A DNA stretch of 62,915 nucleotides, filler included, from Nemertoderma westbladi (lineage: Eukaryota; Animalia; Xenacoelomorpha): NCBI GenBank assembly GCA_032718475.1. It is 3 parts of 3 records of this genome, joined end to end, with 100 filler letters (N's around TTAATTAATTAA, not from the genome) between each part and the next. Parts side by side here need not be neighbours in the genome. Positions count along the whole stretch, not along the records: positions 1 to 26,560 come from JAUCBJ010005228.1; positions 26,661 to 43,504 come from JAUCBJ010006299.1; 1 more part is not named here. One strand, written 5' to 3'. Position 1 is the stretch's first letter; each line of letters opens with the position of its first letter. Under the pieces are notes generated by a model. The model ran no database searches, was not told where the DNA came from, and worked only from the letters and a program-made list of their open reading frames with translations. The position numbers and the translations under genes are program-made. Shown here piece by piece: positions 22,793 to 37,080 of this stretch.

Positions 22793-25129
22793 GACATTAA
22801 GTAAAATTATTAATTATATCTTTCTATGCGAATGTCTGTACTATATTGAGCAGAGAACCTTCCCAAGAGAGATAGATTAAGTTAAATAATTTGCTACCTA
22901 GGCCTATATGTGATAAAATATACTATTAATATTTATAAAAGTATTCATTTTGTTCATTATTTCAACTAGCGCTATGATGTTATCCTCCCAACAATAACAC
23001 CACTTTTGCCTCGTTACATCCTAGGTTGGAACGCTGCAAAGTTATCACAAACTTAGCGATGTAATTTTATAAAACATGTGAGCATCATTCATTGCTCTAT
23101 AGCGTGGATGTATGCTAAACACATAGTTGTTACTGCCTGCACAACGTTGATAGTTGAAATAATGTTACAAAATTACGTACATTGTATGAAAAGGGCACTG
23201 CGCTCGCTCGCCCGGTACATAAATACAACGAGGTGAGGTCATAAGGCTAAAAAGTGCTAGGCCTAAACTTTTGAACAGCTCAAATCCAAATTCATTTCAT
23301 ACTGTAGGCCTACTTTTCGCACAATACAGCAATAATGTAAATAGTTATAAAGATAATTTGCCAATAAGTATTATATGTGTGGTGTGGCGAAAACATAAGC
23401 TTATTTATTAAGTATTCTACCAGCAACGACTGAATTTTATGCATTACGCTCGCTGCTGTGATTACACCATATGGAGAGAGCAATCACTGGTAATCAACAA
23501 TCAGTAATGCAACAGAGATTCATGTATCGAAGGGAGGTGAAAGCAGATCACATTGAGAAGACCAATAAATAAGCATTAATAATGCGTGCGTCTCGTATAC
23601 AGAGGGGCTGGGTTGAATGAAGCCCAATACTACAGGGGTAAAAATTACTCGACATTCCGGTGAGTCTAACTAAAGTCGTACAGTACAGTACAGCACCGGT
23701 ATGTAAATTTATACAACGAAATTTATACAATTATCTTTATAAATAATTAAACGGTCCTATTTAAACAAGCAATAATATCAGGAGGCGTTAAAACATCCTA
23801 ATTTCAAGCAGTCACTGATTGGTCAGCAAAATGGCTGCCCTCCCATTGGTCAGTTCATCACCCCTGAATCTACAACCCTTAGGCTTCTGCTTGCCTCCAG
23901 CCCACTGAGGTTGATTGTAAGTCTGCCCTGCTGGGCCCATTGCATCATCCATTTTCTTGGTATAATTTATTGGTTACACCTTAGCTGATTGATAAATCGG
24001 CTCCCCTCCTTTTATTGGTTGGAGATGTATAGCGGAGTGGATCCGCTAACAAATTACCTTTATTATAAACCACCTGTTATAATTCAAGCACTTTCTTATT
24101 GTTAGAATATTTAAATATTTGTATTATTACCATGTTATAATGCCTCCTAATTATATTGATTGATATAATTCAACTGTATTATTTAAAACGAGCTATAATA
24201 CAGTAATATCAAGCAAAATAATTCAACTGATAACATGTTTTAAATCAACCTATAATATTAAGCAAAATAATGCAGTTTTGAAGTATTATTTAAATCGATC
24301 AATAATATCAAGCGAAATAATTAAGTGAAAAACATTATTTAAAAAATCGATCAATAATATCAAATTAATTGAAGATACAGGGGGGGGGGGGGGGGGGGGG
24401 GGAGGAGAACTTGACGCAAATCCTCTCTATGAATTAATATTTCGCCTTAATGCTAAATTATCTATTTATGGAAAGGATCAGATTACAGTGGCATGATAAC
24501 AATAAACTAAGTTCAATAGAACAGCAACAGGTGACATTTTTTTTAGATTAATCAGCTGTTATCCGCTTCAAATTTCCCCTGGAGAGGGATGAATTTTGAT
24601 TGCGTCGAAGTAATTCAGCATCCGCATCACTCGAATTAAATTATTCAATATTGATACTAAATGTAGGCCATACGCGCATCGGGCTATTAAATGCTTTTGG
24701 CGTTGATAGGCTCCTTGTTTACAACCAATCAAGAAATAGTGCTAATAGTTGTTTTAAGTGTTCCTGAAATTAACTACCGGTATGTTGTATACAGTACTTT
24801 TTCTGAGTCATACTGTACAGTAGGCATACGTTGCCAGTTCTTTAGTGCATGCCGGTACCGTAATCCGGGACTGGCAGGATCTACAGTGCTGATTTTGGGC
24901 CAATTTATTTGAAATTAATTGAATTAATTAATTAATTGAATGTAGGCCTAATTGAAATTAATCTATTCGAAAATAAAGTTAATATGTCTGACACAAATGT
25001 TACGGTAACAGTTAATTCTGGGTCCGGCACAAGGCGTACTATATACAAGGCCATGCCATCGAGTTAACTGGGGGCGGTGACTGGGTGCAAGATTTTTTTT
25101 ACAACAATTTGATTTGACACCACGATAGC

Positions 25130-26560
25130 GCAGGCACTGCCGATCTGGCTATGGAGCAAGTGGAGGAAGATCGCCTTCTCCACTCGGGAGAAGAAAGGTG
25201 CGGAGCCAGGGCTAGAGGAAATGTCGAACTTCCTCAACTACGAAGCAGAGTTGATTACAGACTCAGTCTATAGTGAGGATAGTTTGGGGAAGGCACCGAA
25301 GACCGAATACAACAGGCCTAAACCCGAACATAATCCGGCAGATCCATTCCCGAGAGTAAGACAGTCGCTACCACACGCGGCCACACAGGGGGCTACAAGC
25401 CCACAGTTAGCTGGGAGTAGGGCCATACCGTGGCAGGGACAGAAAGAAAATAACAACACAAATAAACATTACCCAAATATACCCAGTAGGCCGAGTCCAG
25501 ATAACCAAAACACTAAACAGGTAGATATAAACCTACGCGCGATACGTGAGGGACTATACAGGGAACGCTACAATCCAGGATTCGAATGTCAGTTGCATAG
25601 GGACGGAACCCATAAAACCATGAGTTGTAAGCACTGGCAAGCGTTGCCAAAACAAGATCGTGTAGCCTACACAGACGCAAACGGACTATGTCATCGATGC
25701 GTGGTAGAAGGACACAGATCCGGAGAGTGTAGAGAAACAGCGATAGGAGATGACGAGACTGGAGGCCAAACGATGGCTATGAGCACAACAGGAGCAAGAA
25801 GAAAGAGGAAAGTACTACTCGGGGTAGTACCAGTGAAGCTAACAGGAAGGGGCGGCCAATCAGTCACAACATTAATGCTGGTCGACAGCGGAGCAGCCTT
25901 CACGCTGGTGGAGAATTTGGTGGCCGAGGAGATAGGGTTACAGACGAGGCCGAGTAGGTTGGCGGTAACTACTATCTCAAGTAAGGATGAGGTCCTGGAG
26001 ATGAGGACGGGATGGTGCGAGATATCAGCGATTGCACCGGGATGTGACTATGGGGCGACCATAGACCCCATTCAGATCATAGAATCGATCAATATAAATG
26101 CCAGGAGACCAACTAACATCAAGGTCGAGCAGTACCGGTTCCTGGACGATATAGATTTTTCAATACCGGAGGTGGACGTCTCGAAGCTATCCATCATAGT
26201 GGGTATGGACTGCCCGACGGCCCATGAAAGAGTACAGACGATCTTCGGGGAAGACAGATAGTGGGATCCGACGGCGATTCTCACGCCGTTCGGATGGACG
26301 CTTAGCGGCCCAATTAAAACCAAGATTCCACACAGGGTGTCGGAAACATCAGGGTGCATGCTACCAGGCACCGTTAAGGACGTAGAGAAGAAAACAGAGA
26401 CAGTAGATAAGCTAGAGGGGGAAGTAACAGCAAGAGAGTGGGCGGAGGAGAATGGATTCGACGCGGAAGACTTAGAGACAATGGGATGGAACAAGGATGT
26501 TCCCAGCAGGTATCGGTATGGGGATGGAGAGGAGTGGACGGCCAGATGTCCGGAGGAACT
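25130..26560 (+). mobile_element. Second BEL/Pao fragment (gag C-terminus + aspartic protease), runs into the gap
   Basis: LCHRCVVEGHRSGEC knuckle, VLLGVVPVKL, LVDSGA, IIVGMD, then PTAILTPFGWTLSGP after a stop at 26259-26261. Confidence 0.85.
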
Positions 26561-26660
26561 NNNNNNNNNNNNNNNNNNNNNNNNNNNNNNNNNNNNNNNN
26601 NNNNTTAATTAATTAANNNNNNNNNNNNNNNNNNNNNNNNNNNNNNNNNNNNNNNNNNNN
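26561..26660. other. Artificial contig linker N44-TTAATTAATTAA-N44
   Basis: Six-frame stop spacer inside Ns; identical design at 43505-43604. Confidence 0.97.
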
Positions 26661-27430
26661 ACCCGACTGAGACAAGTTTGGACCCGACGGAGACTTTGGT
26701 GGACCCGACTGAGACTGGGGCAGACCCATTTGAGACCGGGGTGGACCCAACTGAGACTGGGGTGGATCCAACTGAGACTGGGGTGTACCCAACTGAGGCT
26801 GGGGTGGACCCGACTGAGACTGGGGTAGACCCGACTGAGACAAGTTTGGACCCAACTGAGACTTTGGTGGACCCAACTGAGACTTTGGTGGACCCGACTG
26901 AGACTGGGGTGGACCCAACTGAGACCGGGGTGGACCCAACAGGGACTGGGGTGGACCCAAATGAGACTGGGGTGGACCCGACTGAGACTGGGGTAGACCC
27001 GACTGAGACAAGTTTGGACCCGACGGAGGCTCTGGTGGACCCAACTGAGACTGGGGTGGACCCAACTGAGACTGGGGTGGACCCGACTGAGACTGCGGTA
27101 GACCCGAAGGAGACTTTGGGGGACCAGACTGAGACAAGTTTAGACCCAGATGATACTGGGGTTGACTGGAATGGGACTGCGGTAGACCCCACGGAGACTT
27201 TGGTGGACCCGACTGAGACTGGGGTGGACCCAACTGAGACTGGGGTGGACCTGACTGAGACTGGGGTGGACCCGACTGAGACTGGTGTGGACCCAACTGC
27301 GACAAGGTTGGAACCAACTGAGACTGGGGTGGACCCAACTGAGACTGGGGTTGACTGGAATGGGACTGCAGTAGACCCGACGGAGACTTTGGTGGACCAG
27401 ACTGAAGTTGAAATGGACCCGACTGAGACC
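26661..27430. repeat. 21-bp minisatellite (gacccaactgagactggggtg), ~36 copies
   Basis: Directly visible; open in several frames. Confidence 0.97.
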
Positions 27431-27845
27431 CAGGATCGATGGCATCAATGACCGAGTCTGAGTCTAGTGTAGCAGATGTTGTGGCGCCGACTGAGGTCGC
27501 TATTGAAGCAGATCCCAGCTGGCCTTTCAGCACGAGTAGTTCCGAAGAACGAGGCGATGTACCAACAAGCGTGTCATCCCTGTCCACCAAGGTGTCGTCT
27601 CTGGACCCGTTTGTGTCGGAACAGTCAACAGGTTGTGATAGGAACACAGGAGTTGAGTAAACATAACCGTGTCGATCCGGCAATGGCTGCGATGAGGAAG
27701 ACGACGACAATGCTCTCGATCCTCCATTGTTCTCGCACCTACCGACCTTCCCTGGGGCACAGTCGATGCATATTCTTTTCTCCTTGATGCACTTGCACTT
27801 TTTGCAGCGACCAGACTTCCCGTTGCAGCCGCAGCAGGCTGACAT
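26661..27845 (-). mobile_element. ORF with an N-terminal Cys-rich CXC-like domain, probably the 5' end of a CRE-like non-LTR retrotransposon; cut by the gap
   Basis: MSACCGCNGKSGRCKKCKCIKEKRICIDCAPGKVGRCEN from ATG at 27845, followed by low-complexity sequence; no RT visible. Confidence 0.4.
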
Positions 27846-27995
27846 ATTGTGGTATTCGCCGTCAATGCCTTGGATCAATAATATGTTCGGACGCAACTAG
27901 CAGTATAGCAGTATAGCAGTATCAGTGGTGCCAAGCAGTCTGACAGTTCCAGTACAGCAGTCACAGTATCGTATCGTACTACTAAATACTACACA

Positions 27996-30900
27996 TGTTA
28001 TGTGAGTGAATCCCTTACTACAACGAAGTGGGTGTTATGTGAGTGAATCCCGTACTATGTACAACGAAGTGGGTGTTATGTGAGTGAATCCCATCCCGTA
28101 CTATGTACAACGAAGTGGGTGTTATGTGAGTGAATCCCGTCCCGTATTATGTACAACGAAGTGGGTGTTATGTGAGTGAATCCCTTACTACAACGAAGTG
28201 GGTGTTATGTGAGTGAATCCCGTACTATGTACAACGAAGTGGGTGTTATGTGAGTGAATCCCGTCCCGTACTATGTACAACGAAGTGGGTGTTATGTGAG
28301 TGAATCCCGTACTATGTACAACGAAGTGGGTGTTATGTGAGTGAATCCCTTACTACAACGAAGTGGGTGTTATGTGAGTGAATCCCGTACTATGTACAAC
28401 GAAGTGGGTGTTATGTGAGTGAATCCCGTACTATGTACAACGAAGTGGGTGTTATGTGAGTGAATCCCTTACTACAACGAAGTGGGTGTTATGTGAGTGA
28501 ATTCCTTACTACGACGAAGTGGGTGTTATGTGAGTGAATCCCTTACTATGTATGCACAACGACGTGGGTGTTATGTGAGTGAATCCCTTACTACAACGAA
28601 GTGTGTGTTATGTGAGTGAATCCCTTACTACAACGAAGTGGGTGTTATGTGAGTGAATCCCGTACTATGTACAACGAAGTGGGTGTTATGTGAGTGAATC
28701 CCGTACTATGTACAACGAAGTGGGTGTTATGTGAGTGAATCCCGTACTATGTACAACGAAGTGGGTGTTATGTGAGTGAATCCCTTACTACAACGAAGTG
28801 GGTGTTATGTGAGTGAATCCCTTACTATGTACAACGAAGTGGGTGTTATGTGAGTGAATCCCTTACTACAACGAAGTGGGTGTTATGTGAGTGAATCCCT
28901 TACTACAACGAAGTGGGTGTTATGTGAGTGAATCCCTTACTACAACGAAGTGGGTGTTATGTGAGTGAATCCCTTACTATGTACAACGAAGTGGGTGTTA
29001 TGTGAGTGAATCCCGTACTATGTACAACGAAGTGGGTGTTATGTGAGTGAATTCCGTACTACAACGAAGTGGGTGTTATGTGAGTGAATCCCGTACTATG
29101 TACAACGAAGTGGGTGTTATGTGAGTGAATCCCGTACTACAACGAAGTGGGTGTTATGTGAGTGAATCCCGTACTATGTACAACGAAGTGGGTGTTATGT
29201 GAGTGAATCCCGTACTATGTACAACGAAGTGGGTGTTATGTGAGTGAATCCCTTACTACAACGAAGTGGGTGTTATGTGAGTGAATCCCGTACTATGCAC
29301 AACTAAGTGGGTGTTATGTGAGTGAATCCCTTACTACAACGAAGTGGGTGTTATGTGAGTGAATCCCGTACTATGTACAACGAAGTGGGTGTTATGTGAG
29401 GGAATCCCGTCCCGTACTATGTACAACGAAGTGGGTGTTATGTGAGTGAATCCCGTACTATGTACAACGAAGTGGGTGTTATGTGAGTGAATCCCTTACT
29501 ACAACGAAGTGGGTGTTATGTGAGTGAATCCCGTACTATGTACAACGAAGTGGGTGTTATGTGAGTGAATCCCGTACTATGTACAACGAAGTGGGTGTTA
29601 TGTGAGTGAATCCCTTACTACAACGAAGTGGGTGTTATGTGAGTGAATTCCTTACTACGACGAAGTGGGTGTTATGTGAGTGAATCCCTTACTATGTATG
29701 CACAACGACGTGGGTGTTATGTGAGTGAATCCCTTACTACAACGAAGTGTGTGTTATGTGAGTGAATCCCTTACTACAACGAAGTGGGTGTTATGTGAGT
29801 GAATCCCGTACTATGTACAACGAAGTGGGTGTTATGTGAGTGAATCCCGTACTATGTACAACGAAGTGGGTGTTATGTGAGTGAATCCCTTACTACAACG
29901 AAGTGGGTGTTATGTGAGTGAATCCCTTACTATGTACAACGAAGTGGGTGTTATGTGAGTGAATCCCTTACTACAACGAAGTGGGTGTTATGTGAGTGAA
30001 TCCCTTACTACAACGAAGTGGGTGTTATGTGAGTGAATCCCTTACTACAACGAAGTGGGTGTTATGTGAGTGAATCCCTTACTATGTACAACGAAGTGGG
30101 TGTTATGTGAGTGAATCCCGTACTATGTACAACGAAGTGGGTGTTATGTGAGTGAATTCCGTACTACAACGAAGTGGGTGTTATGTGAGTGAATCCCGTA
30201 CTATGTACAACGAAGTGGGTGTTATGTGAGTGAATCCCGTACTACAACGAAGTGGGTGTTATGTGAGTGAATCCCGTACTATGTACAACGAAGTGGGTGT
30301 TATGTGAGTGAATCCCGTACTACAACGAAGTGGGTGTTATGTGAGTGAATCCCGTACTATGTACAACGAAGTGGGTGTTATGTGAGTGAATCCCGTACTA
30401 TGTACAACGAAGTGGGTGTTATGTGAGTGAATCCCTTACTACAACGAAGTGGGTGTTATGTGAGTGAATCCCGTACTATGCACAACTAAGTGGGTGTTAT
30501 GTGAGTGAATCCCTTACTACAACGAAGTGGGTGTTATGTGAGTGAATCCCGTACTATGTACAACGAAGTGGGTGTTATGTGAGGGAATCCCGTCCCGTAC
30601 TATGTACAACGAAGTGGGTGTTATGTGAGTGAATCCCGTACTATGTACAACGAAGTGGGTGTTATGTGAGTGAATCCCTTACTACAACGAAGTGGGTGTT
30701 ATGTGAGTGAATCCCGTACTATGTACAACGAAGTGGGTGTTATGTGAGTGAATCCCGTACTATGTACAACGAAGTGGGTGTTATGTGAGTGAATCCCTTA
30801 CTACAACGAAGTGGGTGTTATGTGAGTGAATCCCGTACTATGCACAACTAAGTGGGTGTTATGTGAGTGAATCCCTTACTACAACGAAGTGGGTGTTATG

Positions 30901-33900
30901 TGAGTGAATCCCGTACTATGTACAACGAGGTGGGTGTTATGTGAGTGAATCCCGTACTATGTACAACGAAGTGGGTGTTATGTGAGAGAATCCCGTACTA
31001 TGTACAACGAAGTGGGTGTTATGTGAGTGAATCCCGTACTATGTACAACGAAGTGGGTGTTATGTGAGTGAATCCCGTACTATGTACAACGAAGTGGGTG
31101 TTATGTGAGTGAATCCCTTACTACAACGAAGTGGGTGTTATGTGAGTGAATCCCGTACTATGCACAACGAAGTGGGTGTTATGTGAGTGAATCCCTTACT
31201 ACAACGAAGTGGGTGTTATGTGAGTGAATCCCGTACTATGCACAACTAAGTGGGTGTTATGTGAGTGAATCCCTTACTACAACGAAGTGGGTGTTATGTG
31301 AGTGAATCCCTTACTACAACGAAGTGGGTGTTATGTGAGTGAATCCCGTACTATGTACAACGAAGTGGGTGTTATGTGAGTGAATCCCGTCCCGTACTAT
31401 GTACAACGAAGTGGGTGTTATGTGAGTGAATCCCTTACTACAACGAAGTGGGTGTTATGTGAGTGAATCCCTTACTACAACGAAGTGGGTGTTATGTGAG
31501 TGAATCCCTTACTACAACGAAGTGGGTGTTATGTGAGTGAATCCCGTACTATGTACAACGAAGTGGGTGTTATGTGAGTGAATCCCGTCCCGTACTATGT
31601 ACAACGAAGTGGGTGTTATGTGAGTGAATCCCTTACTACAACGAAGTGGGTGTTATGTGAGTGAATCCCTTACTACAACGAAGTGGGTGTTATGTGAGTG
31701 AATCCCTTACTACAACGAAGTGGGTGTTATGTGTGTTAATCTCTTACTACAACGAAGTGGGTGTTATGTGAGTGAATCCCTTACTACAACGAAGTGGGTG
31801 TTATGTGAGTGAATCCCGTACTATGTACAACGAAGTGGGTGTTATGTGAGTGAATCCCGTCCCGTACTATGTACAACGAAGTGGGTGTTATGTGAGTGAA
31901 TCCCGTCCCGTACTATGTACAACGAAGTGGGTGTTATGTGAGTGAATCCCTTACTACAACGAAGTGGGTGTTATGTGAGTGAATCCCGTACTATGTACAA
32001 CGAAGTGGGTGTTATGTGAGTGAATCCCGTACTATGTACAACGAAGTGGGTGTTATGTGAGTGAATCCCGTACTATGTACAACGAAGTGGGTGTTATGTG
32101 AGTGAATCCCGTACTATGTACAACGAAGTGGGTGTTATGTGAGTGAATCCCGTCCCGTACTATGTACAACGAAGTGGGTGTTATGTGTGTGAATCCCGTA
32201 CTATGTACAACGAAGTGGGTGTTATGTGAGTGAATCCCTTACTACAACGAAGTGGGTGTTATGTGAGTGAATCCCGTACTATGTACAACGAAGTGGGTGT
32301 TATGTGAGTGAATCCCGTACTATGTACAACGAAGTGGGTGTTATGTGAGTGAATCCCTTACTACAACGAAGTGGGTGTTATGTGAGTGAATTCCTTACTA
32401 CGACGAAGTGGGTGTTATGTGAGTGAATCCCTTACTATGTATGCACAACGACGTGGGTGTTATGTGAGTGAATCCCTTACTACAACGAAGTGTGTGTTAT
32501 GTGAGTGAATCCCTTACTACAACGAAGTGGGTGTTATGTGAGTGAATCCCGTACTATGTACAACGAAGTGGGTGTTATGTGAGTGAATCCCTTACTACAA
32601 CGAAGTGGGTGTTATGTGAGTGAATCCCTTACTATGTACAACGAAGTGGGTGTTATGTGAGTGAATCCCGTACTATGTACAACGAAGTGGGTGTTATGTG
32701 AGTGAATTCCGTACTACAACGAAGTGGGTGTTATGTGAGTGAATCCCGTACTATGTACAACGAAGTGGGTGTTATGTGAGTGAATCCCGTACTACAACGA
32801 AGTGGGTGTTATGTGAGTGAATCCCGTACTATGTACAACGAAGTGGGTGTTATGTGAGTGAATCCCGTACTACAACGAAGTGGGTGTTATGTGAGTGAAT
32901 CCCGTACTATGTACAACGAAGTGGGTGTTATGTGAGTGAATCCCGTACTATGTACAACGAAGTGGGTGTTATGTGAGTGAATCCCTTACTACAACGAAGT
33001 GGGTGTTATGTGAGTGAATCCCGTACTATGCACAACTAAGTGGGTGTTATGTGAGTGAATCCCTTACTACAACGAAGTGGGTGTTATGTGAGTGAATCCC
33101 GTACTATGTACAACGAAGTGGGTGTTATGTGAGGGAATCCCGTCCCGTACTATGTACAACGAAGTGGGTGTTATGTGAGTGAATCCCGTACTATGTACAA
33201 CGAAGTGGGTGTTATGTGAGTGAATCCCTTACTACAACGAAGTGGGTGTTATGTGAGTGAATCCCGTACTATGTACAACGAAGTGGGTGTTATGTGAGTG
33301 AATCCCGTACTATGTACAACGAAGTGGGTGTTATGTGAGTGAATCCCGTACTATGCACAACTAAGTGGGTGTTATGTGAGTGAATCCCTTACTACAACGA
33401 AGTGGGTGTTATGTGAGTGAATCCCGTACTATGTACAACGAAGTGGGTGTTATGTGAGTGAATCCCGTACTATGTACAACGAAGTGGGTGTTATGTGAGA
33501 GAATCCCGTACTATGTACAACGAAGTGGGTGTTATGTGAGTGAATCCCGTACTATGTACAACGAAGTGGGTGTTATGTGAGTGAATCCCTTACTACAACG
33601 AAGTGGGTGTTATGTGAGTGAATCCCGTACTATGCACAACGAAGTGGGTGTTATGTGAGTGAATCCCTTACTACAACGAAGTGGGTGTTATGTGAGTGAA
33701 TCCCGTACTATGCACAACTAAGTGGGTGTTATGTGAGTGAATCCCTTACTACAACGAAGTGGGTGTTATGTGAGTGAATCCCTTACTACAACGAAGTGGG
33801 TGTTATGTGAGTGAATCCCGTCCCGTACTATGTACAACGAAGTGGGTGTTATGTGAGTGAATCCCTTACTACAACGAAGTGGGTGTTATGTGAGTGAATC

Positions 33901-36125
33901 CCTTACTACAACGAAGTGGGTGTTATGTGAGTGAATCCCTTACTACAACGAAGTGGGTGTTATGTGTGTTAATCTCTTACTACAACGAAGTGGGTGTTAT
34001 GTGAGTGAATCCCTTACTACAACGAAGTGGGTGTTATGTGAGTGAATCCCGTACTATGTACAACGAAGTGGGTGTTATGTGAGTGAATCCCGTCCCGTAC
34101 TATGTACAACGAAGTGGGTGTTATGTGAGTGAATCCCGTCCCGTACTATGTACAACGAAGTGGGTGTTATGTGAGTGAATCCCTTACTACAACGAAGTGG
34201 GTGTTATGTGAGTGAATCCCGTACTATGTACAACGAAGTGGGTGTTATGTGAGTGAATCCCGTCCCGTACTATGTACAACGAAGTGGGTGTTATGTGAGT
34301 GAATCCCGTACTATGTACAACGAAGTGGGTGTTATGTGAGTGAATCCCTTACTACAACGAAGTGGGTGTTATGTGAGTGAATCCCGTACTATGTACAACG
34401 AAGTGGGTGTTATGTGAGTGAATCCCGTACTATGTACAACGAAGTGGGTGTTATGTGAGTGAATCCCTTACTACAACGAAGTGGGTGTTATGTGAGTGAA
34501 TCCCGTACTATGCACAACTAAGTGGGTGTTATGTGAGTGAATCCCTTACTACAACGAAGTGGGTGTTATGTGAGTGAATCCCGTACTATGTACAACGAAG
34601 TGGGTGTTATGTGAGTGAATCCCGTACTATGTACAACGAAGTGGGTGTTATGTGAGTGAATCCCTTACTACAACGAAGTGGGTGTTATGTGAGTGAATCC
34701 CGTACTATGCACAACGAAGTGGGTGTTATGTGAGTGAATCCCTTACTACAACGAAGTGGGTGTTATGTGAGTGAATCCCGTACTATGCACAACTAAGTGG
34801 GTGTTATGTGAATGAATCCCTTACTACAACGAAGTGGGTGTTATGTGAGTGAATCCCGTACTATGTACAACGAAGTAGGTGTTATGTGAGTGAATCCCGT
34901 CCCGTACTATGTACAACGAAGTGGGTGTTATGTGAGTGAATCCCGTACTATGTACAACGAAGTGGGTGTTATGTGAGTGAATCCCTTACTACAACGAAGT
35001 GGGTGTTATGTGAGTGAATCCCGTACTATGTACAACGAAGTGGGTGTTATGTGAGTGAATCCCGTACTATGTACAACGAAGTGGGTGTTATGTGAGTGAA
35101 TCCCGTACTATGTACAACGAAGTGGGTGTTATGTGAGTGAATCCCTTACTACAACGAAGTGGGTGTTATGTGAGTGAATCCCGTACTATGCACAACTAAG
35201 TGGGTGTTATGTGAGTGAATCCCTTACTACAACGAAGTGGGTGTTATGTGAGTGAATCCCGTACTATGTACAACGAAGTGGGTGTTATGTGAGTGAATCC
35301 CGTCCCGTACTATGTACAACGAAGTGGGTGTTATGTGAGTGAATCCCGTACTATGTACAACGAAGTGGGTGTTATGTGAGTGAATCCCGTACTATGCACA
35401 ACGAAGTGGGTGTTATGTGAGTGAATCCCTTACTATGTACAACGAAGTGGGTGTTATGTGAGTGAATCCCTTACTACAACGAAGTGGGTGTTATGTGAGT
35501 GAATCCCGTACTATGTACAACGAAGTGGGTGTTATGTGAGTGAATCCCGTACTACAACGAAGTGGGTGTTATGTGAGTGAATCCCGTACTATGTACAACG
35601 AAGTGGGTGTTATGTGAGTGAATCCCGTACTATGCACAACGAAGTGGGTGTTATGTGAGTGAATCCCGTACTATGTACAACGAAGTGGGTGTTATGTGAG
35701 TGAATCCCTTACTACAACGAAGTGGGTGTTATGTGAGTGAATCCCGTACTATGTACAACGAAGTGAGTGTTATGTGAGTGAATCCCGTACTATGCACAAC
35801 GAAGTGGGTGTTATGTGAGTGAATCCCGTACTATGTACAACGAAGTGGGTGTTATGTGAGTGAATCCCTTACTACAACGAAGTGTGTGTTATGTGAGTGA
35901 ATCCGTTACTACAACGAAGTGGGTGTTATGTGAGTGAATCCCGTACTATGTACAACGAAGTGGGTGTTATGTGAGTGAATCCCTTACTACAACGAAGTGT
36001 GTGTTATGTGAGTGAATCCCTTACTACAACGAAGTGGGTGTTATGTGAGTGAATCCCTTGCTATACAAAACTAAGTGGGTATGTGAGTGAATCCATTATT
36101 ATGCACAACTAATTGGGTGTTACTG
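27996..36125. repeat. 8.1-kb satellite, ~200 units of 37/41/46 bp (gttatgtgagtgaatccc[tt|gt]acta[tgta]caacgaagtgggt)
   Basis: Directly visible; no unique spacers. Confidence 0.99.
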
Positions 36126-37080
36126 TTAAGTGACTGTAACAAAAGTAGGGATGTACCGGAACCGGAATTGCAAATGCCGGAATGTTCCGGCCGGAACCGG
36201 AATTTGATAAAATAAATGTCCAGGAAATAGATAGGGGTGGTGGTAGGGGGGGGGGGGGCTTACATTTTATTGTTATAAGAATTATATTTGCATATTTTTG
36301 TAGAGAAAAAAAGTAAAAATGCTTCATGAATTCATACTTGTTTACTGTAGAGAATAAAATTTAATAACAAAATATCATAAATTATTATAATTATCAATGT
36401 AAGTGTTAAAATGTAAACTCAATAGAATTTAGAAGTACCACCTGATGTCAATTTGCTTTAGTAAACTTTTCAATTATACGTTAAAAATCTGTGTGACCTT
36501 TTATTCGAATCGATTGTTTTCAAAAACATTCCATGCGTCTTCTAATAATATATATATGTTATTAAGTCGGGAAACAGAGTGGAAGGGTTTACTGTGGAAG
36601 ATCACCCATGGTGGTGAACAGGCATTCCTTGGCTTAACGAGCCTAAAAGATTCTCCCATTCATTAAGTTTATAGTTTATGTTATAGGTTTATAAGAATAA
36701 AATAAACCTCTATAATCTACCCCCCCCCCCCCCCCCCCCCCCGCCCACCATCCCTCTGTACTAACTAACCTTCCAATAAACAGGATGAGTGGCATAACAA
36801 ACGTTATTATTGCTTGTCTGATCAAAAATTTAATTTTTTGCCTTATTTTGCTAAATTTAATTTTTCGTCTTATTTTGCTAAACACGCGTTTAATCTAACT
36901 TTATAAATAAATGTTTATTTTAATATAAAATGAATTGCATAAGGTTGAGTTATAATTATAATATAAACAAATTACTGATCATTATAAAATACTGTTTGTA
37001 GATTTAGATACCTGCCAGCGACTATTACACAATGCAAATGCAGGTCATATTTATAAAGAAACAGTAATTCAGCATAACGA

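Noticed and set aside
26605-26616. TTAATTAATTAA as a biological motif
   Set aside because: Embedded in Ns twice with identical spacing; assembly spacer
26605-27451. DPTETGV and GSTPVSV repeat proteins
   Set aside because: Alternative frames of the 21-bp minisatellite
27996-36125. CRISPR array
   Set aside because: Units abut with only a few recurring variants, no unique spacers, no cas genes, eukaryotic context
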